Of a stretch of DNA of 64,000 bases, positions 38,101 to 52,171 are shown piece after piece. A model generated the notes under the pieces. That model ran no database searches and had not been told where the DNA came from. It worked only from the letters and a program-made list of their open reading frames with translations. This stretch comes from Camelus ferus (Eukaryota), in contig NC_045697.1 in the NCBI RefSeq assembly GCF_009834535.1, positions 30,940,001-31,004,000 of the forward strand, written 5' to 3'. Both the position numbers and the translations under genes were made by a program. How positions within the stretch are numbered: the first letter of the stretch is position 1; each line of letters opens with the position of its first letter.

Positions 38101-39077
38101 AGGAGAGGGGTGGAAGGTAAAGGAGAGAAAGGTGCTAACAGATTCACCCAAGTCCTCTGGTGTGTAGGGTGTGCTGTTGACCTTTACCAGGGACAAAGTT
38201 ACTTTCTTCATGGTAACAGAGGGAATGAGAATATTCCTGGTGGTGATGATAATGAGGGCTTATCGTGTGCCAGGCCTCTCACATTGGCGATTTTATTTAA
38301 TTCTCCCAGCAACCTTGTGAAGTAAACCCATTTAGTAGTGCCACGTGAGAGCTGAGAAACCAGGGTTAGACCGCTTAAGCGATATGTTCAAGTGGTCAGA
38401 CTTCGAATGTCAGGGCACTCCCTCTGGAACTCATGTTAAACCAGTTACTCCTGAGCCTAAGCTCTTAACAGAAGCAGAAAAAAAGAATCAAACCAGTTAA
38501 CCTCCCTAGGGACTGTTTAAATCAGTGAGCTCTTGGCCATCACCGTAAAGTTTCAGCCCGACTTGACTTGAAGGTTACCTCTCATAATGAACCGCTCCAT
38601 AGTTCCCTGCACTGGGCCCTATCCTGCAGTGCTGACTGCTTTTGTCTTATCTTGTATTTTTTAATTTATTACATTTATTTATATATTTTTAAGGAGATCT
38701 CATAGACTAATAGGGGAGCTGGTCTTGGCTCAGACAGGGCAGACTGACCTTGGAGTGGAAAGAGCTACCAGGTTCTTGAACTGGCTTCTCTCCTCAAGTA
38801 TCCTTTTTTGGACCAAGAGCACATGTGTTTCCTGCTCTGGGCTCTAGGCTCTGCTTGCCAGACCAGCTGTGAACACTTGGTACAGCCATCAGAGGCTGTT
38901 CAGAGAATTCCTGTGATTGATTGGTGAGTTGGTGATTGGCCTAGAAGGAAATGCCATTGGCTTGCCTGACCCCACTCTTTTTGTTTTGATGGTTCTGTGC
39001 TAACAAGCCCACAACACTGATATTTGACCATGGTACCGATCAGGGTCTGATCTATGTTGACTTTTGGTTTTCTTCTT

Positions 39078-39256
39078 CATTTTATTTCTTATTATTGAAT
39101 TATAGTTGATTTACCATATTGTGTTAGTTTCAGATGTACAACAAAATGATTCAATTATATATTATTATTTTTCATATTATTTTCCATTATAGGTTATTAC
39201 AAGATACTGAATATTGTTCCCTGTGTTGTAAAGTAAATAAATCCTTGTTGCTTATC
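39078..39256 (-). mobile_element. Short L1 3' tail insertion with 13-bp TSD
   Basis: TGGTTTTCTTCTT at 39065-39077 and 39257-39269 flanks L1 3'UTR motifs (TATAGGTTATTACAAGATACTGAATATTGTTCCCTGTG). Confidence 0.85.
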
Positions 39257-39293
39257 TGGTTTTCTTCTTGGGATTTGAATGAATGACCTCTCT

Positions 39294-39321
<28 letters not shown>
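39294..39321. repeat. (TG)14 microsatellite
   Basis: Seen directly. Confidence 0.95.
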
Positions 39322-39326
<5 letters not shown>

Positions 39327-40139
39327 GTATATTGTTGTGATCATAGTTTAAGGGTGCCTTTCTGACATCCAAGACCTGTTATAACAAACTATAACCTTTG
39401 GCCATTTTCTGAAGACAAGTGAAAAGAAGTAGTTCATAGTGAAAAAAAATAGTTCAAAGTTTTATCTGGACAGGTAAATTTATAGCGGTTCCTTTTTATC
39501 TTACAGTGTTCCTCAGATAATTTGGTTCCTTTTTTAGTTTTCAGAGTGGTGACACATAAACTAGCTTTCTCACCTCAGCTGCCTCTCTTTTGGCAAGAAT
39601 AAAGGTTCTCATGTCAAAGTGAATAAAGAGGGAGGCAGGGACCCAGACAGAGTGGAGAAATGGGAGCTGTGCTATGCAGTTTATCTAGACGTGCTCGACA
39701 CGTCCCTTTTTAACGTTAACAACGAGAAAAAAGAGAGTAAGAAAAAGGAAAAAGGCGTTACTTCAAAGTGAACGTGAAAAAAAAAAACAATTGTGTGGCT
39801 CAGATGTGAAATATGCAGAAGTACTTTTCACTAATACCTTTTCCTACCTGATCTGAAGGAGCTGAGCTTTTGACACATCCCTGCTCCATTCATGTGTCAG
39901 TGAAGCTGTGTTATTCCAGACATGAGACCTTTCCTTTGTTTTGAGCTTCTCAAAGACTCTCTAGTCACTAGATCGGAAGAAAGAACAGGCAAAGTGAGAG
40001 AAGTTTCTCAGTTGAGAGTTTCTCAAGTCTTGTTAGCTAGAAGACTTCTGCGTATACGTATACATCTATACTTACGCATATATATGTGAGTGTATATTTA
40101 CTTACAGACTGAGACTCTGCTGTTCCATATCTAGATTTG

Positions 40140-40388
40140 TTTTTATTGAAGTATAGTTGGTTTACAATGTTGTGTTAATTTCTAGTGTACATAGTGATTC
40201 ATTTATACATATATATTCCTTTTCACATTCTTTTTCATTATAGGCCATTACAAGGTATTAAATATAGTTCCCTGTGCTATACAGTAGGTTCTTTTGTTAC
40301 TGTCCCTTAGATATAGTAGTGTGTGTCTCCAAATCCCAAACTCCCAATTTATCCCTCCCCATCTCCTTTCCCCCCGGTAACAATAAGT
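40140..40388 (-). mobile_element. L1 3' end, 5'-truncated
   Basis: TTATTGAAGTATAGTTGGTTTACAATGTTGTG...CCCAAACTCCCAATTTATCCCTCCCC; near-TSD AGATTTGTTTTT / AGGTTTGTTTTT. Confidence 0.85.
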
Positions 40389-41794
40389 AGGTTTGTTTTT
40401 TAATATTGAAGGGAACTGGTCTGACCAGAGGGCTTTGCTATCAGAAGCTGTCACAGGGCCCAGGTGGCAGAGCTGCTTGTCCCCCACGTGGCAATTTCTG
40501 AGTACTGCAACTAAAACCCTGCAAACTGCACACCAGCTTTTCAGGGCGCCCCAGGAGAACACATTTTTCACTTGAGTATTAGAACCTGACGACACATGAA
40601 AGGAGATGTACAATGCTATAAAACTGGATGTTTGGGAAACTCAATGCTGCCACATCAAATGTTTGGAGACACCCAAGGGGCAATGAGCGAAGCCTTGAGG
40701 CAAATCGAATGCCGACCTTCCTTTCACTGGGAACTAGAGCTTCACACCAGGCTGAGCATTTTGCTGTCCGTGAAATCCACGTTTGCGTCAATCACTGGGA
40801 GCAGAGCCAGTTCCATCATGTGGCTCTCTGAAGCCCAGCCGAGTGATGGACAGTAATATTTTCTGAAATGGCTTAAGGAAACCCAGAGGACTGTTGGCCA
40901 ACAGGGTGTTCCAACATTATTAGCTTCCTTCTGATATGTCAGCGCTGCTAGTGGATTTTGGTTTTCCCCAAGGTTCTTTCCGATCTTGGAGGCAGCACTG
41001 GATGAGCTTCCGGACTCTCAGATATGCACTGAGTTCAACTGATACTTCTTTTTAAGACTTTAAAGGATCATAAATTACAACAGGCTTTTTGGTCTCAAAG
41101 CAGTCATAGCTCTCAGCTGTGGCAAATGTGCTCAGTAAATGTGCATTTTCATGGACTAGACTTTTGTAACCAGCTGCCCCTGCCCCACCTCACTTTTGGA
41201 AAGGCTAAAAGGAAGCCTTACAGACATAAGGAGATAAAAAATATGCTTTATAAAATCAAAATATGCTTTATAAAAGAGAAAAATATTCCAATAATTTGGG
41301 CTTAAGCTGGGACTTCTGGTTTAAAACGTCATAAATTTCATAGTGCTTTGATTGTGTTTTTATGAAGTTTCGCGTGACCCTCAATGTACAATACCATTCC
41401 ATTTAATCTCTATTTACCCAGTGATAACATTTGATTGAAGTCCTGGAATTCTTGTCTCAGCAGAATTAACCTCAGTGTTCCAGGGTCTAACTCTTACTGG
41501 TTCCTATAATTAACTGTTACTACTACCAAATTAGCAATATTCAAACTTTGATCACATTGAGAAAACTGTAGAGTAGTTAGAAAAGAATATTAATGTTGGT
41601 TCTAAACAAGTTATTTGAATTCTCAGTGGAGTAGTGGAAGGAACACTGGCTAAGTTTGATGACACTTAGTGTTAAAATGTGGATTTGCCTGCAGCAAGTT
41701 AGGGGACCTCGGACAACATTTTTTAAACCTCTTTGATTCTCAGTTTCAACATCCATGCATTGGGGATAAAAATATTAACCTTCTAGTGTTTCAT

Positions 41795-43080
41795 TTATTC
41801 ACTCCAGAAAAATTGAGTAGCTACTTTTTGCTGGGCACTATTCTAAACGCTGGGATACAATGTTGAATAAGGAACCCAAAATCCCTAGCTGGTGAAGACA
41901 AACAGTATATAATAAAAAAAAGTTCTGATTGTCTTAAATGTTACGTAGGATATACATCAGGGTGATGTGGTGGGAATGCCTTGGCTGATAGAGGCATCCC
42001 AACATCACACCAGATAATTAGAGAAGAATCCTCTGAGGATGTGACATTGAGGGTGGCCTGAATGATAAAACGGCATTAGCCTTGTGAGGGTTCAGGACAA
42101 GTACTTTCTGGACAGACAGTAGCCGTGCAAAGGCCTTAAAGTAGGTCAGAACGTGGAGTGTTTTAAGAACCATCAGAAGACTAGTCTAGAGGAAGGCAGG
42201 TCTGGATCATGTAGTGTGTTTCATCCATAGTAAGGATTTGGATGTTTTCTAAGTACAGTGGAAATCGTTGGAGACTTTCGAGCAATGTAATGACATGGTT
42301 TGATTTATATTTTAAAAAGTGGACTGTTGTGTAGAAAATGGACTAAGGGGTAGATGTTAAGAATGGTAACAGGAAGGACAGTTAGGAAGCTATTCCTGTG
42401 TTTAGGGTAAGAGATGATGGTGGCCAGGACTAGTGAAGTAACAATGGAAATGGTGACAGACAGATGGATTTGAGATATATTTTAGAGGTAGAAATGACAA
42501 AAACTTGCTGATAGGCTGAATGTGAGGAGTTTAAGAAAGGGAGAAGTCTGGGATAAATCCTAAGGTTTTTGTTTGATGGGAAGGACCAGTCAAATGGCAT
42601 AAGACTTGGGAAGAAACTGGTTTGGGCAAAGAAAGTTCCATTTTGGTTATGTAAAGTCTAAGTTGTATTTTAGGATCCAAATAGAGATATCAACTAGGTA
42701 TCTAAGAATAAGAAGTAGAATATGCGAGCTGGAGCCCAAGGCAGAGCTCTGGGCAGGAGATATAAATTTGCTGATATTTAAAGCCATAGGTCTGGAAGAG
42801 ATGACTCAGGGAGAAAGAATGAACACAGAACAGGACACTCCCTAACATTTAGATGCCTTATTGAAAAGAAAAAATTCAGCTGAAGAGTTTGAAAAGGAGT
42901 AGCCTGCAGATGGAGAAACAGGAGAAAAGGTTACATGTCTTGGAAGAGGTTAATTATATCTGTTGCTGCTGAGAGGTAAGTATCAGGATAGATTTGTTCA
43001 CAGCAACTCAAAACAAGTGCATTTGCATTGGAGTGACAGGGACAAAAGCCAGGACTGAAGTGGATTGTTAAGAGAATTAT
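41795..43080 (-). mobile_element. L2 LINE fragment (MIR immediately upstream, ~41625-41770)
   Basis: CATTTATTCACTC...TTGAGTAGCTACTTTTTGCTGGGCACTATTCTAAACGCTGGGATACA, GATGGATTTGAGATATATTTTAGAGGTAGAA. Confidence 0.8.
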
Positions 43081-43154
43081 AATTCACACAAAGCAAGTGT
43101 CTGGTACACAGTGTGTGCCTCACATAGGGTAGACATTACTGAGAAATGATCATT

Positions 43155-43600
43155 TGGTGGCAGATTTTGTGGGTTGCCCATAGCAGCCATTCTCCTTGCC
43201 TTCTCCCTGCATCCCCGAGTTCATTTTCCTGGCAGACACCCTCCACCTCGATTGGTTCAGTTTTCCACTCCCCCATATGCCTAGGGTGAACCATCGTTGG
43301 TCTAGGTCGCTCGTGGTCGTCTCATTCCTCTTTTCTAGTTTAGGCCCAGATATGCCACCCAGTCCTGGCCGGTGGGATCTGAGGACACTTTGGTGAGAGC
43401 TTCTGGCAAAGGCTTTCTTTGCTAATAAAAGGATATTCATGGGTAGAGATGCCCCTCTCCTCCACTGAACTGCATCTGTTCATGATACCTGGAATTGCCA
43501 CAGACATTTGCATAGCAACTGAGAGAGACACGCTGTGGATGGCAGCAGGGAACACGGAAAGCAATCTTGGGAGATCTGGTTCTCATTCTCATGGGGATCA
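43155..43600 (+). mobile_element. Old MaLR LTR fragment (MLT1J/K-like)
   Basis: GTGGCAGATTTTGTGGGTTGCCCA...GATACCTGGAATTGCCACAGACATTTG; diverged. Confidence 0.5.
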
Positions 43601-44605
43601 GGTCCTAAGACAATCTTTGAATCAGTGCTTCTGAGGATGTGAATCCCGCAAAGCTCTGTATGATGCTGCTTTACTTAAAAATTAGCTATAAATTGACTTA
43701 TAAATTAGTGCCAGCTTCACTTACTGTCTTACAGTTCTAAGCTTTACTTACTATTTTATAGATGAGTAAATTGAGACCAAATGAAGTTAAGTGATTGGCC
43801 CAGGGACATGCAGCCAGGAGGACGTGGAGTAGGGATTCAAACCTGGTTTCTCTAGCTACCAAGTGAATGCTGGTTCTCTGTAAGTCATAGTAAATGGGGT
43901 ATCTGCAAGTAAAGATGTATTTATTTGGCATCTGTATTTAAAATGATGGGTTGTTTTTAGATTATTTTCCAATAATGGCAACTGGTTTGAGACTGAGTGT
44001 CTCCTTTTGTCAACTAATGGGCCTGGAAATGCTGAGGAAGTGTGAGTCAGCAATCCTTGGTCAGTGTGTGCATTGGGTAACAATGTTCTTGCTTGGAGGT
44101 ACCGGAATCCAAGTTTCCAAAGAGTAACTTGGTGCAAGTTAACAGCCAAGTTGTTTACGTTGCTAATTTTAAAACACATCTAAAATTAAATGACTACTAT
44201 TAATTTAGGGCTTCCTGTGTGACCTATCCTGTATGTAGTGCTCTCAGTACATTGTTTCACAAATCTTCACTGAATGTTGAGCTCTAAGAGGATACTATTT
44301 TCCTCATTTTTATGACTGAGGAAAGTAAACCATGGAAAAATTTTATGTATTTTCAAACTACTGGATATTAATCCAGGTTTGTCTCATTCCAAAGGCCAGG
44401 CTCTTAATTATCAAATGAATACATTAAATGTAACTAAAATTGTGGCATAAATCTGGAGGCTTCCTAGTACAATGAGGTAGCATATTGTCTCTAAAAGTGT
44501 TTGTGCATAGAAAGAGCCTGGAAGGAAGTAAATAAGATCAGTAGTTTATCTTGGTGTTGGGAATTACAGTTCATTTTTATTTTCTTTAATAAATCACTGT
44601 TGTTA

Positions 44606-44607
<2 letters not shown>

Positions 44608-44643
<36 letters not shown>
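44608..44643. repeat. (GT)18 microsatellite
   Basis: Seen directly. Confidence 0.95.
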
Positions 44644-44646
<3 letters not shown>

Positions 44647-46459
44647 AATCAGGTTTTCTAGTCTACAGATCTGCTAACCAGATGCTGGATAGAGATGGAT
44701 TTACCAGGGTGATGAAGGGCCACTTTGCCACCAACCACCTGGCCAGTTGGGTGTTGTTCCTTTCTTTTTGACTTCCATTGTAGCTCTAGGTGAGGAGACA
44801 TTCACCTCCACTCCTCTTTTTGTTCACTAAACACTTTCAGGCTTCTTTCTGTAAATCACCAATGTCTTCTTTGCATCTCTTTGGGCAAGACTGCGTAATC
44901 AGATTTTTCATGTTCTTAATTTGATTTTTCATGTTCTAAAGGCAAACAGAAACCAACTGCCCAACTATTTGTTTTGTGTTGGATTGATTGGTACATTAAA
45001 TAAGGGAAAGCAGTATTTTCTTTTTTCATCATCTATAGATAAAGTAGGCATGCTCGTTGAGTTGTTGGAGTTCCTTTTCTGTTAACTCTAGCTGATGCCA
45101 CTTACTCAACCACAGAACAGTGGGGTGATTACCTAGTGAATAATCCCAGCCACCTCTTAGATTTCTACTTCATCAATATTTGTATAGCAAACAGAACCTT
45201 GATAAGACCCAGGTTGATTGCAAAATGAATTTCCTGTGTATGTTGCCAACAGATTTTTTTTTTCCTGACAACCTAGTTATATTTTGGAGGTTTATATCCT
45301 TTTTAGAATTTGCATTCTGCCACCTTTATATAAAACTTTGGAAGATATTTACAGAATGCTATTAGTAATGTAAAAACACAAGTGGCCAGGTTGGAATTAA
45401 AATAACTGCCAAAGATTGAGGAAAAAATTTTATAACGTAATAAGTATTTCAGCCAGGAAATGACAGTCCTTCTTGAGATAAGAACTGAAATACTGTCAAA
45501 TTCAAGTGATTGTGTTATGAGAAGACATTAAAATTTCATGATATGTCCTGATATCCGAGTTATAAAGTAGGTATTTAATGAATGACGCTGTCCTTCACTG
45601 CCGTCTATCCTTCACATTTACTCTGCTTTGTTAAATCCTTAAGCACGTAAATTTTTTTTTAAAGTTAGGTTCAAGCTCCACTAACACACTGCCGGTTTTC
45701 CTTTATCCATGCATTGCCCATGTTGGTCACTGCACTGCTTTTCCCCTCTTTCAGTTTGTAGTACAAACCACAGTGGCTTCCTGAACCACATGAGGAAGCG
45801 TGCCATCCTTTGTCTTTCTCTCTCAGATTTTGTGCCTGTCATTCTCAACGTGGAATGGTTCACAGAGAAACCTAAGAGTTGGCTCTGTCTAAAGTGCCTG
45901 ATTGCCCTGCATCACTCAAAGGTGGTGACCTGGTTCTCCACCCCTTCAGGGAAGACGGGGAATGCTGCACATTATCCCACAAAGACAGTAGTGTGATGAT
46001 ACGTGTAAGGGAAAGTCTCAGAAGTTAGCTCAAATATTTATGTAAATTCACCTTAAAACTTATAGGTAAAGAAATGAGCTCATGATCATATGCACTAGTT
46101 TTACAGTATCAGAAATACTGCTGAACCTGTAGAACAAAAAAGAAATGGGTTTATAACCTATGTTACACTAACATTTTCCATTGTTTGAAAATTTTGGTAC
46201 ATTTCCTTTCAAAAGTTTTTAGGCATATAAACACACAAATATATCTATGTGCATGATTGAGAATTTACTCTCTGTAAGACTTTGTTTTCTTTTCTCTGCA
46301 TGTAATACTGACTTATAAACATTTTCTTATTTTATCCATGGATAGTTGGAAATATTTTTAAGTGGCCAATGTATTCAACTATTTATAAATTGTAGGGCAT
46401 TTAAGTGTTCACAATTTCTTTTCTCTGTTATAAATAATACTGCAGTGAATACTTGGTTC

Positions 46460-46690
46460 ATACTCTAGCATTTATATAGCATTGACTGTGTGCCAGGTAC
46501 TGTTCTAACCACTTTATGTGGATTGAGGATATGAATCCTCCTGGTGGTCCTTAGAGATGGGTACTATCATGACATTCACTTTATAGTTGAGGAAACTGAG
46601 GCACAGAGAAGGTAGCTAAGTTTCCAAGATCACACATTTGGCAACTGGTAGAGCTTGAATCCAGTCCAAGCAGCCTGACTCCATCTCTCC
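46460..46690 (-). mobile_element. MIR SINE
   Basis: Core CACTTTATAGTTGAGGAAACTGAGGCACAGAGAAGGT...CCAAGATCACAC. Confidence 0.85.
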
Positions 46691-47081
46691 AGAATCACCC
46701 TGAGATTTTCATCTCATCTCTTAATATTTTGTTAAGGACAGACTTCTAGAAGAATAATGAATGGACTAAAGGATATGAACTTACTCAGTCTCTTAATTAG
46801 TTTATAGAAAAGATATACAATCTGTATTTCCATGTCACTTTATGGAAAATTTGTTTTACTATATATTTTTATCAACATTGAGTAATAGAAGGAAAACTCT
46901 TTGATCAACCCAGTAGGTGAAACTTAATGTTTTATGTTGCTTAATTTGCATGTCTTCTGAGCTCTAGTTTATCTGTGCTTGAATCCCAGAGGTTTCTATT
47001 TACAGGATGGTTGTGAGAATTAAGTGAATCAATATAGGCAATTCTCCTGTATACAGTAAGCACTAGATAGATGCTGGTTAT

Positions 47082-47571
47082 CTTGGGGTTCAGAACACAC
47101 CACCCCAAAATACGGCATACTGAATATTTCAACCTGAAAGAATAAGAGAGAACTGCAGGTGCAGGCAGGACTCTCTGACGCCCCCTTCTTCCCTGAGTAG
47201 GTCATAAAACCCTCTTGTGAGAGGCGTCCTCCTTACACTGTGGGAAACGAACACCTGTATCTCCAAAGATGAGGGACCTGGATAGGAATCCAAAACACAC
47301 AGCCTTGCTGTGTTTCTCCCAGTTTATTTCCTTAGCTCATAAAGCTTTGTCTTATCATATTTTTCCATGGCTTTCTTCATCAGACCTGGTATAAAAATGC
47401 TCAGGTTTAACCATTTCCTCTTCATTTCCTTACGAAGGCTCCCATGTAAAATTTATACTAAATAAATTTGTATGCTGTTCTCCTATTAATCTGTCTGTTG
47501 CCCGTCCAGTTATAGAGCCCCAGCTGGAGAACCTAGCAGGCTGGTAGGAAAAGGAATCTTTCCTCCCTTAC
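47082..47571 (+). mobile_element. ERV1 solo LTR, MER34-like
   Basis: GGGGTTCAGAACACACCACCCCAAAATACGGCA start; TATAAAA at ~47390; AATAAA at 47461 followed by TTTGTATGCTGTTCTCCTATTAATCTGTCT. Confidence 0.75.
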
Positions 47572-49899
47572 CATAGTAAAGGTGAACATTGTTCCTTGAG
47601 TTTCTTGCCCTCTCGTGTTTTCCTTTTGCAAATATACTATTCATGTACTTATTTTCAGAAAATTCATAGACAAAAGCTTCCCAGCAATAGTCCTTTAAGG
47701 TAGGATGTGGTATTTTCTGTTTATTAGGGAAGGCAAAGAGACTGGGTATTGACTGAATCAGACTTAACATTTGAATGAAACTCTTAAAATCTATAGAGCG
47801 CATTTAAGAAATACAGTACTGGCAGAGAATACCTTCTTTGGCTTCAGCAATCGATGTGTAGACCAGGGCATGTGTTGCTTTTGTAATTTAAAAAGAAAGA
47901 TAATGGAAAAAGCCAAGGGTTAGTATAATAAGAAACAAATATACACGTTTCATTACAGAACTTAGGGGACTATGCAACCATATCTTTGAGTTACAGAATC
48001 AATTATGAGTTTGACATTCTATGATGAGAACTCCGAAATGTTGTAGCTTGTTTGGGGAGGAATGTGCTTAGTGTGTAATTAATGGAGACAAGCCATTACA
48101 GAGAACAAAAAATGAAATTAAATCAAATAAGCCTACATGTCAGCTGCTGGAGGAGGTGGCATCAAGTGTGAATCATTGTATTTCAGATTAAAATAGCATA
48201 CTTTGATAACTGTAATGTGGGCCTTTACAGCCATTCTCCTGTGGTGCTGAGCATCCTCTCTAAGTTAAAAAACACTTGCTGTGAGATTAAAGCAATCAGT
48301 AGAATCAGCATAGATTCGTAGGTCTGCAGAATGCCCGTGAACTCTAACAGGCTCACCAAATTCTTGTTCTAATTGGGTGTATGTCCAAGTGCACTGGCCC
48401 CATAGTGAGGAGGAAAGCCAGGGAATGGGACAGGGGGCACTAACCCAGATTATTTACAACACCAACAACGGCAACAGTCAGTGGTGGAGTGTGCACTCTG
48501 TGCGCGCCCAGTGCAGGGCCCTTTACACACAGTTCTTCATTTAATCACCACAACCCATTAGGGAGGGATTATGATCCTCACAACAGCCCTCAGCTCTTAA
48601 GAGGCACCACTGATATTCAAAGGCAAGTCTCTTTCCAAAGCTCATTTTCTTATCCACCTGGAGATGCTGCCACGGCATCTTCCCTAACCCCGATACTTCT
48701 TGCTGTCATCTGCTTCTGTCCCAGTTATTCATTCATTCATGCATTATGTATCAAAGAGCGATGAGGTTCTTAATATGTGTCCTGCCCCGTGCTAGATGCT
48801 CTCAATATAGCAGGGAATATGATGCGCGTTTCTTCCATTCACAGAACTGACAGTTGATCAGAGGAGACGGAGAATTACAGTTTCCTAATCAACATCACCA
48901 CCAAACAGCACTTAACGAAGTACCGAGAAAGTGTGGCCTCCGTGATTTTTGCAGCCATGTCTTACTTTGGTGTTATCGCCTCCACCTTACATACAAGGAA
49001 ACGGGGTCTCAGATGCATTTGGCAGTTGGTTCAAATTTCCATCAGCTGTTCTAGTGCCTCCTTCCTACATCACCCGCCTCATTCCTATGCCCCTTGATGC
49101 TTCAGTGGACTTCTCATCAGGGACATAGGTCCCGTGCCACCACATTTGCATTTTTTGCCACTGCCATGATGTTCCTTTCCCTCTAAGGTCACTTCGCTTG
49201 TCAGAATCTCCCACAGATAGGATCACGTTTGTACAAAGTAATGTGTTCAAAGTAATGTGCTAATACTGTCTCTTAACAGCCTCGCCTCCCAGTAGAAACA
49301 CACATGAACAAACACACACACACTTTAGTCATAGCGGCACGTATTAAATGCACTAATATTACACATGTTAGTTAAACAGTCTCTGGAAAAGTCAGACTAT
49401 AGTAACTTTTTGCTTTTCAAGATGCGCATATACAAATTCAAAGCAGGTTTCAACAGCGACCACAGTAGCCAGGTTGCCTCTAAATCAGTCTTCCTTAAGG
49501 GTACCTTGTAATCTTTGGTGATGGGACACGACTTACACACATCTTCCCAAATCATTTCAGTCACTCCTATAAATGTGTCATAACCATATGCTAGCTCTGG
49601 CAAAGTGATCAGTCTCCTCTCCACTGTAAACTTTATGCTCTGATTTGTAAGAGTATCTGTCTAAGAAACACGTGGGCTACAGGAAGCAGCTCTCTCTTTC
49701 TATACTGGTGTTCTTTGAACACCATTAGAAGATTTCAACATATAGTATCTTAATTAAAAGAGTAATGCAGGTACCTTAAAGGCCCCTACCTTGGAGTGTG
49801 ATTGGCAGACACCATCTCAGGTGTCAATACAGTGGCCCTGCTGCATGACGTATGGAAAGTAAACTCTAAGTTTACTTCTTTTTAGAGTTGGGATAATAT

Positions 49900-50421
49900 C
49901 TATAGTGGCTTTTAAACTGGCCCAAAATTCTATGACACACTTCCCATCAACAGGTTGGGTCTATATCCCTTCTCCTTGAAATAGGTGAGCTTGCGACTAC
50001 TTGACCAACAGAATACAGTGAGGTGATGTCATGGGACTCCCAAGGCTAATCATAAAGGTCTTGCAGCTGTCATCTTGTTCATGGAACATTTGCTGTTGGA
50101 GTCTCGTGCCTCCATGTAAATAGTCTTAGCACCAGGAGTGCACCAAATATTGCATCTGACAGTCTCAGATGAGCCCAGCCTTCTGGCCGTCTCCATCGAG
50201 ATTCTAGACATGAAAGCGAGGTCATCTTGGGTCGTCCAGACCAGTCCATCTGCCAGCCAGAGAACACCGAGTGACCTTCACCGACATGATGTAGATGTTT
50301 CACCTCTCCAAGTCCTGACTTAATTTCTGACCCACGGAATCATGAAATATAATGAAATTGTTGTTGCATTAAGTCACCATGCTTGGGGTAGTTTGCTATG
50401 GAGCATTAGGTAAGTAAAACA
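49900..50421 (+). mobile_element. MaLR LTR (MLT1G/H-like)
   Basis: AAACTGGCCCAAAATTCTATGACACACTTCCCATC...CTTGGGGTAGTTTGCTATGGAGCATTAGGTAA. Confidence 0.75.
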
Positions 50422-50889
50422 CCATCTCATACATTGTGAGGGTTATAGTAAGACTCTTAGCTCAGGCCCTGGCCACTGGTAAGCATTCAGTGAATGTTAT
50501 TTTTACTTATTGAACATCTGCTATGGTCATAAACATGTGTAAAGTGTTTTGAGGCACAGGAAAGAGGTATAAGAGAGACTCTTTTCTCTTACCATTTTGG
50601 GAGTGGTGGTAAGGATGAATACATATGAAGAGATAATGTACATATTGTTAGGGTAATAAATGCCATTATTGCTGTAAGAGTTCAAAGAAAGGAGAGGTAA
50701 GCCACTGTGAAGAAAATGGTTCTTGAGATCTGAGGCCCCCATCTCCAGGGAGAGTAAGGGAATACTTATTCCAGAGACTGTGCAAGATGATTTATCTGAT
50801 TTGGGAGAGGAGCAGTGTTTTAATTCCCATTTTATAGATTAAAAGACAAGAGAGGTGATGTCTCTGTTTCGATCATCTCCTATTCATCC

Positions 50890-51385
50890 TGCTGGAGAAG
50901 GAGGGATCCCAGGCCGAGGGTTATGGGGCCGGGGGTGACCGAGCCCAAGACACCTGATGGTGGACAGGTGAGACTGACAGCAGTTCATCAGTCACACATG
51001 TTCACAGTGAGGGAAGGAGGATGCTGCACGCTGCTCTGCAAGGCCACACAGGGGTGCACTCAGGAGCAGAGTGAACAGCCAGGGGCTCTGGGAGGCAGCT
51101 TCATAGAATCAGGAGGTGGGGTGACTCCTGGTTCCCAGGAGAGGCTGTGACTTGGCTGGTTTGAATATTTCTGAGGCTTGCAGGGAACTGAAACTCAATA
51201 CTCAGGGGTAGGTTCCCGTGCCTGGTCCCTTTGATAGGGTTGTTCAGGTAGGCGACCATGCCCAGGAGTAGACTGGGGAGGGGAACTTGGTGTTAGGCCA
51301 CTGAAGGCCCTCCTGGTTTTATCAGATACGTACACAAAAAAGCAGCACATGATACTGAGCCTTAATTTTCAGCCTTAAACTGCGT
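50890..51385 (-). mobile_element. ERVL-class solo LTR (MER76/MER70-like) nested in a MIR
   Basis: GC-rich ~500-bp block starting TGCTGGAG; the MIR core is split on either side (CCCATTTTATAGAT... / ...AACCTGCTCAAGATGCCA). Family tentative. Confidence 0.6.
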
Positions 51386-51712
51386 CATAACCTGCTCAAG
51401 ATGCCAAAGCCAATGAAAAGTGGAGCTTGGTTTTGAACCTGAGTGTATCTGGCCCAGAGTCCTTCGTGGGCTCAAAGTCTGTACACTGGGTGCAAATATA
51501 GGAGATGACAAATTTATGAATACCACTAGTGTGTGCTTCTTCCTTCTATTCTTTCTACGTCATCCTCCTCTGTTTCACGGAATTTAATCTCATTCCAAGG
51601 CACCCAATACCCTAAGAATGCTCCTGAGTATTATATTATAGTTATAAAAGATGTCACCATTGGCAGAGGTGTGGTGAAGTGTACACAGGATTATTTTTGC
51701 AACTTCCTATGA

Positions 51713-52171
51713 TATACTATGTTCTTGGATTGGAAGAATTAATATTGTTAAAATGACCATACTAACCAAGGTAATTTACAGATTCAATGCAATCACTATC
51801 AAAATACCAGTGGCATTTTCCACTGAACTAGAACAAAAATGGTAAAATTTGATGGAAACAGAAAGACCCCAAATAACCAAAAGGATCTTGAGAAAGAACA
51901 GACCTGGAGGAATCACACTCCCTGACTTCAGACTATACTACAAAGCTACAGTAATTAAAATAGTATGGTACTGGCACAAAAACAGACTCATAGATTGTTG
52001 CAACAGAATAGAGAGCCCTGAAATAAACCCACACACTTATGGTCAATTAATCTATGACAAAGGAAGCAAGAATATACACTGGAGAAAAGACAGTCTCTTC
52101 AATAAGTGGTGCTGGGAAAACTGGACAAATACATGTAAAAGAATGAAATTAGAACATTCTCTAACACCATA
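51713..52171 (+). mobile_element. Internal L1 ORF2 fragment
   Basis: ORF 51849-52196 [27 protein letters not shown]...[18 protein letters not shown]...[11 protein letters not shown] is L1 ORF2p. Confidence 0.95.
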
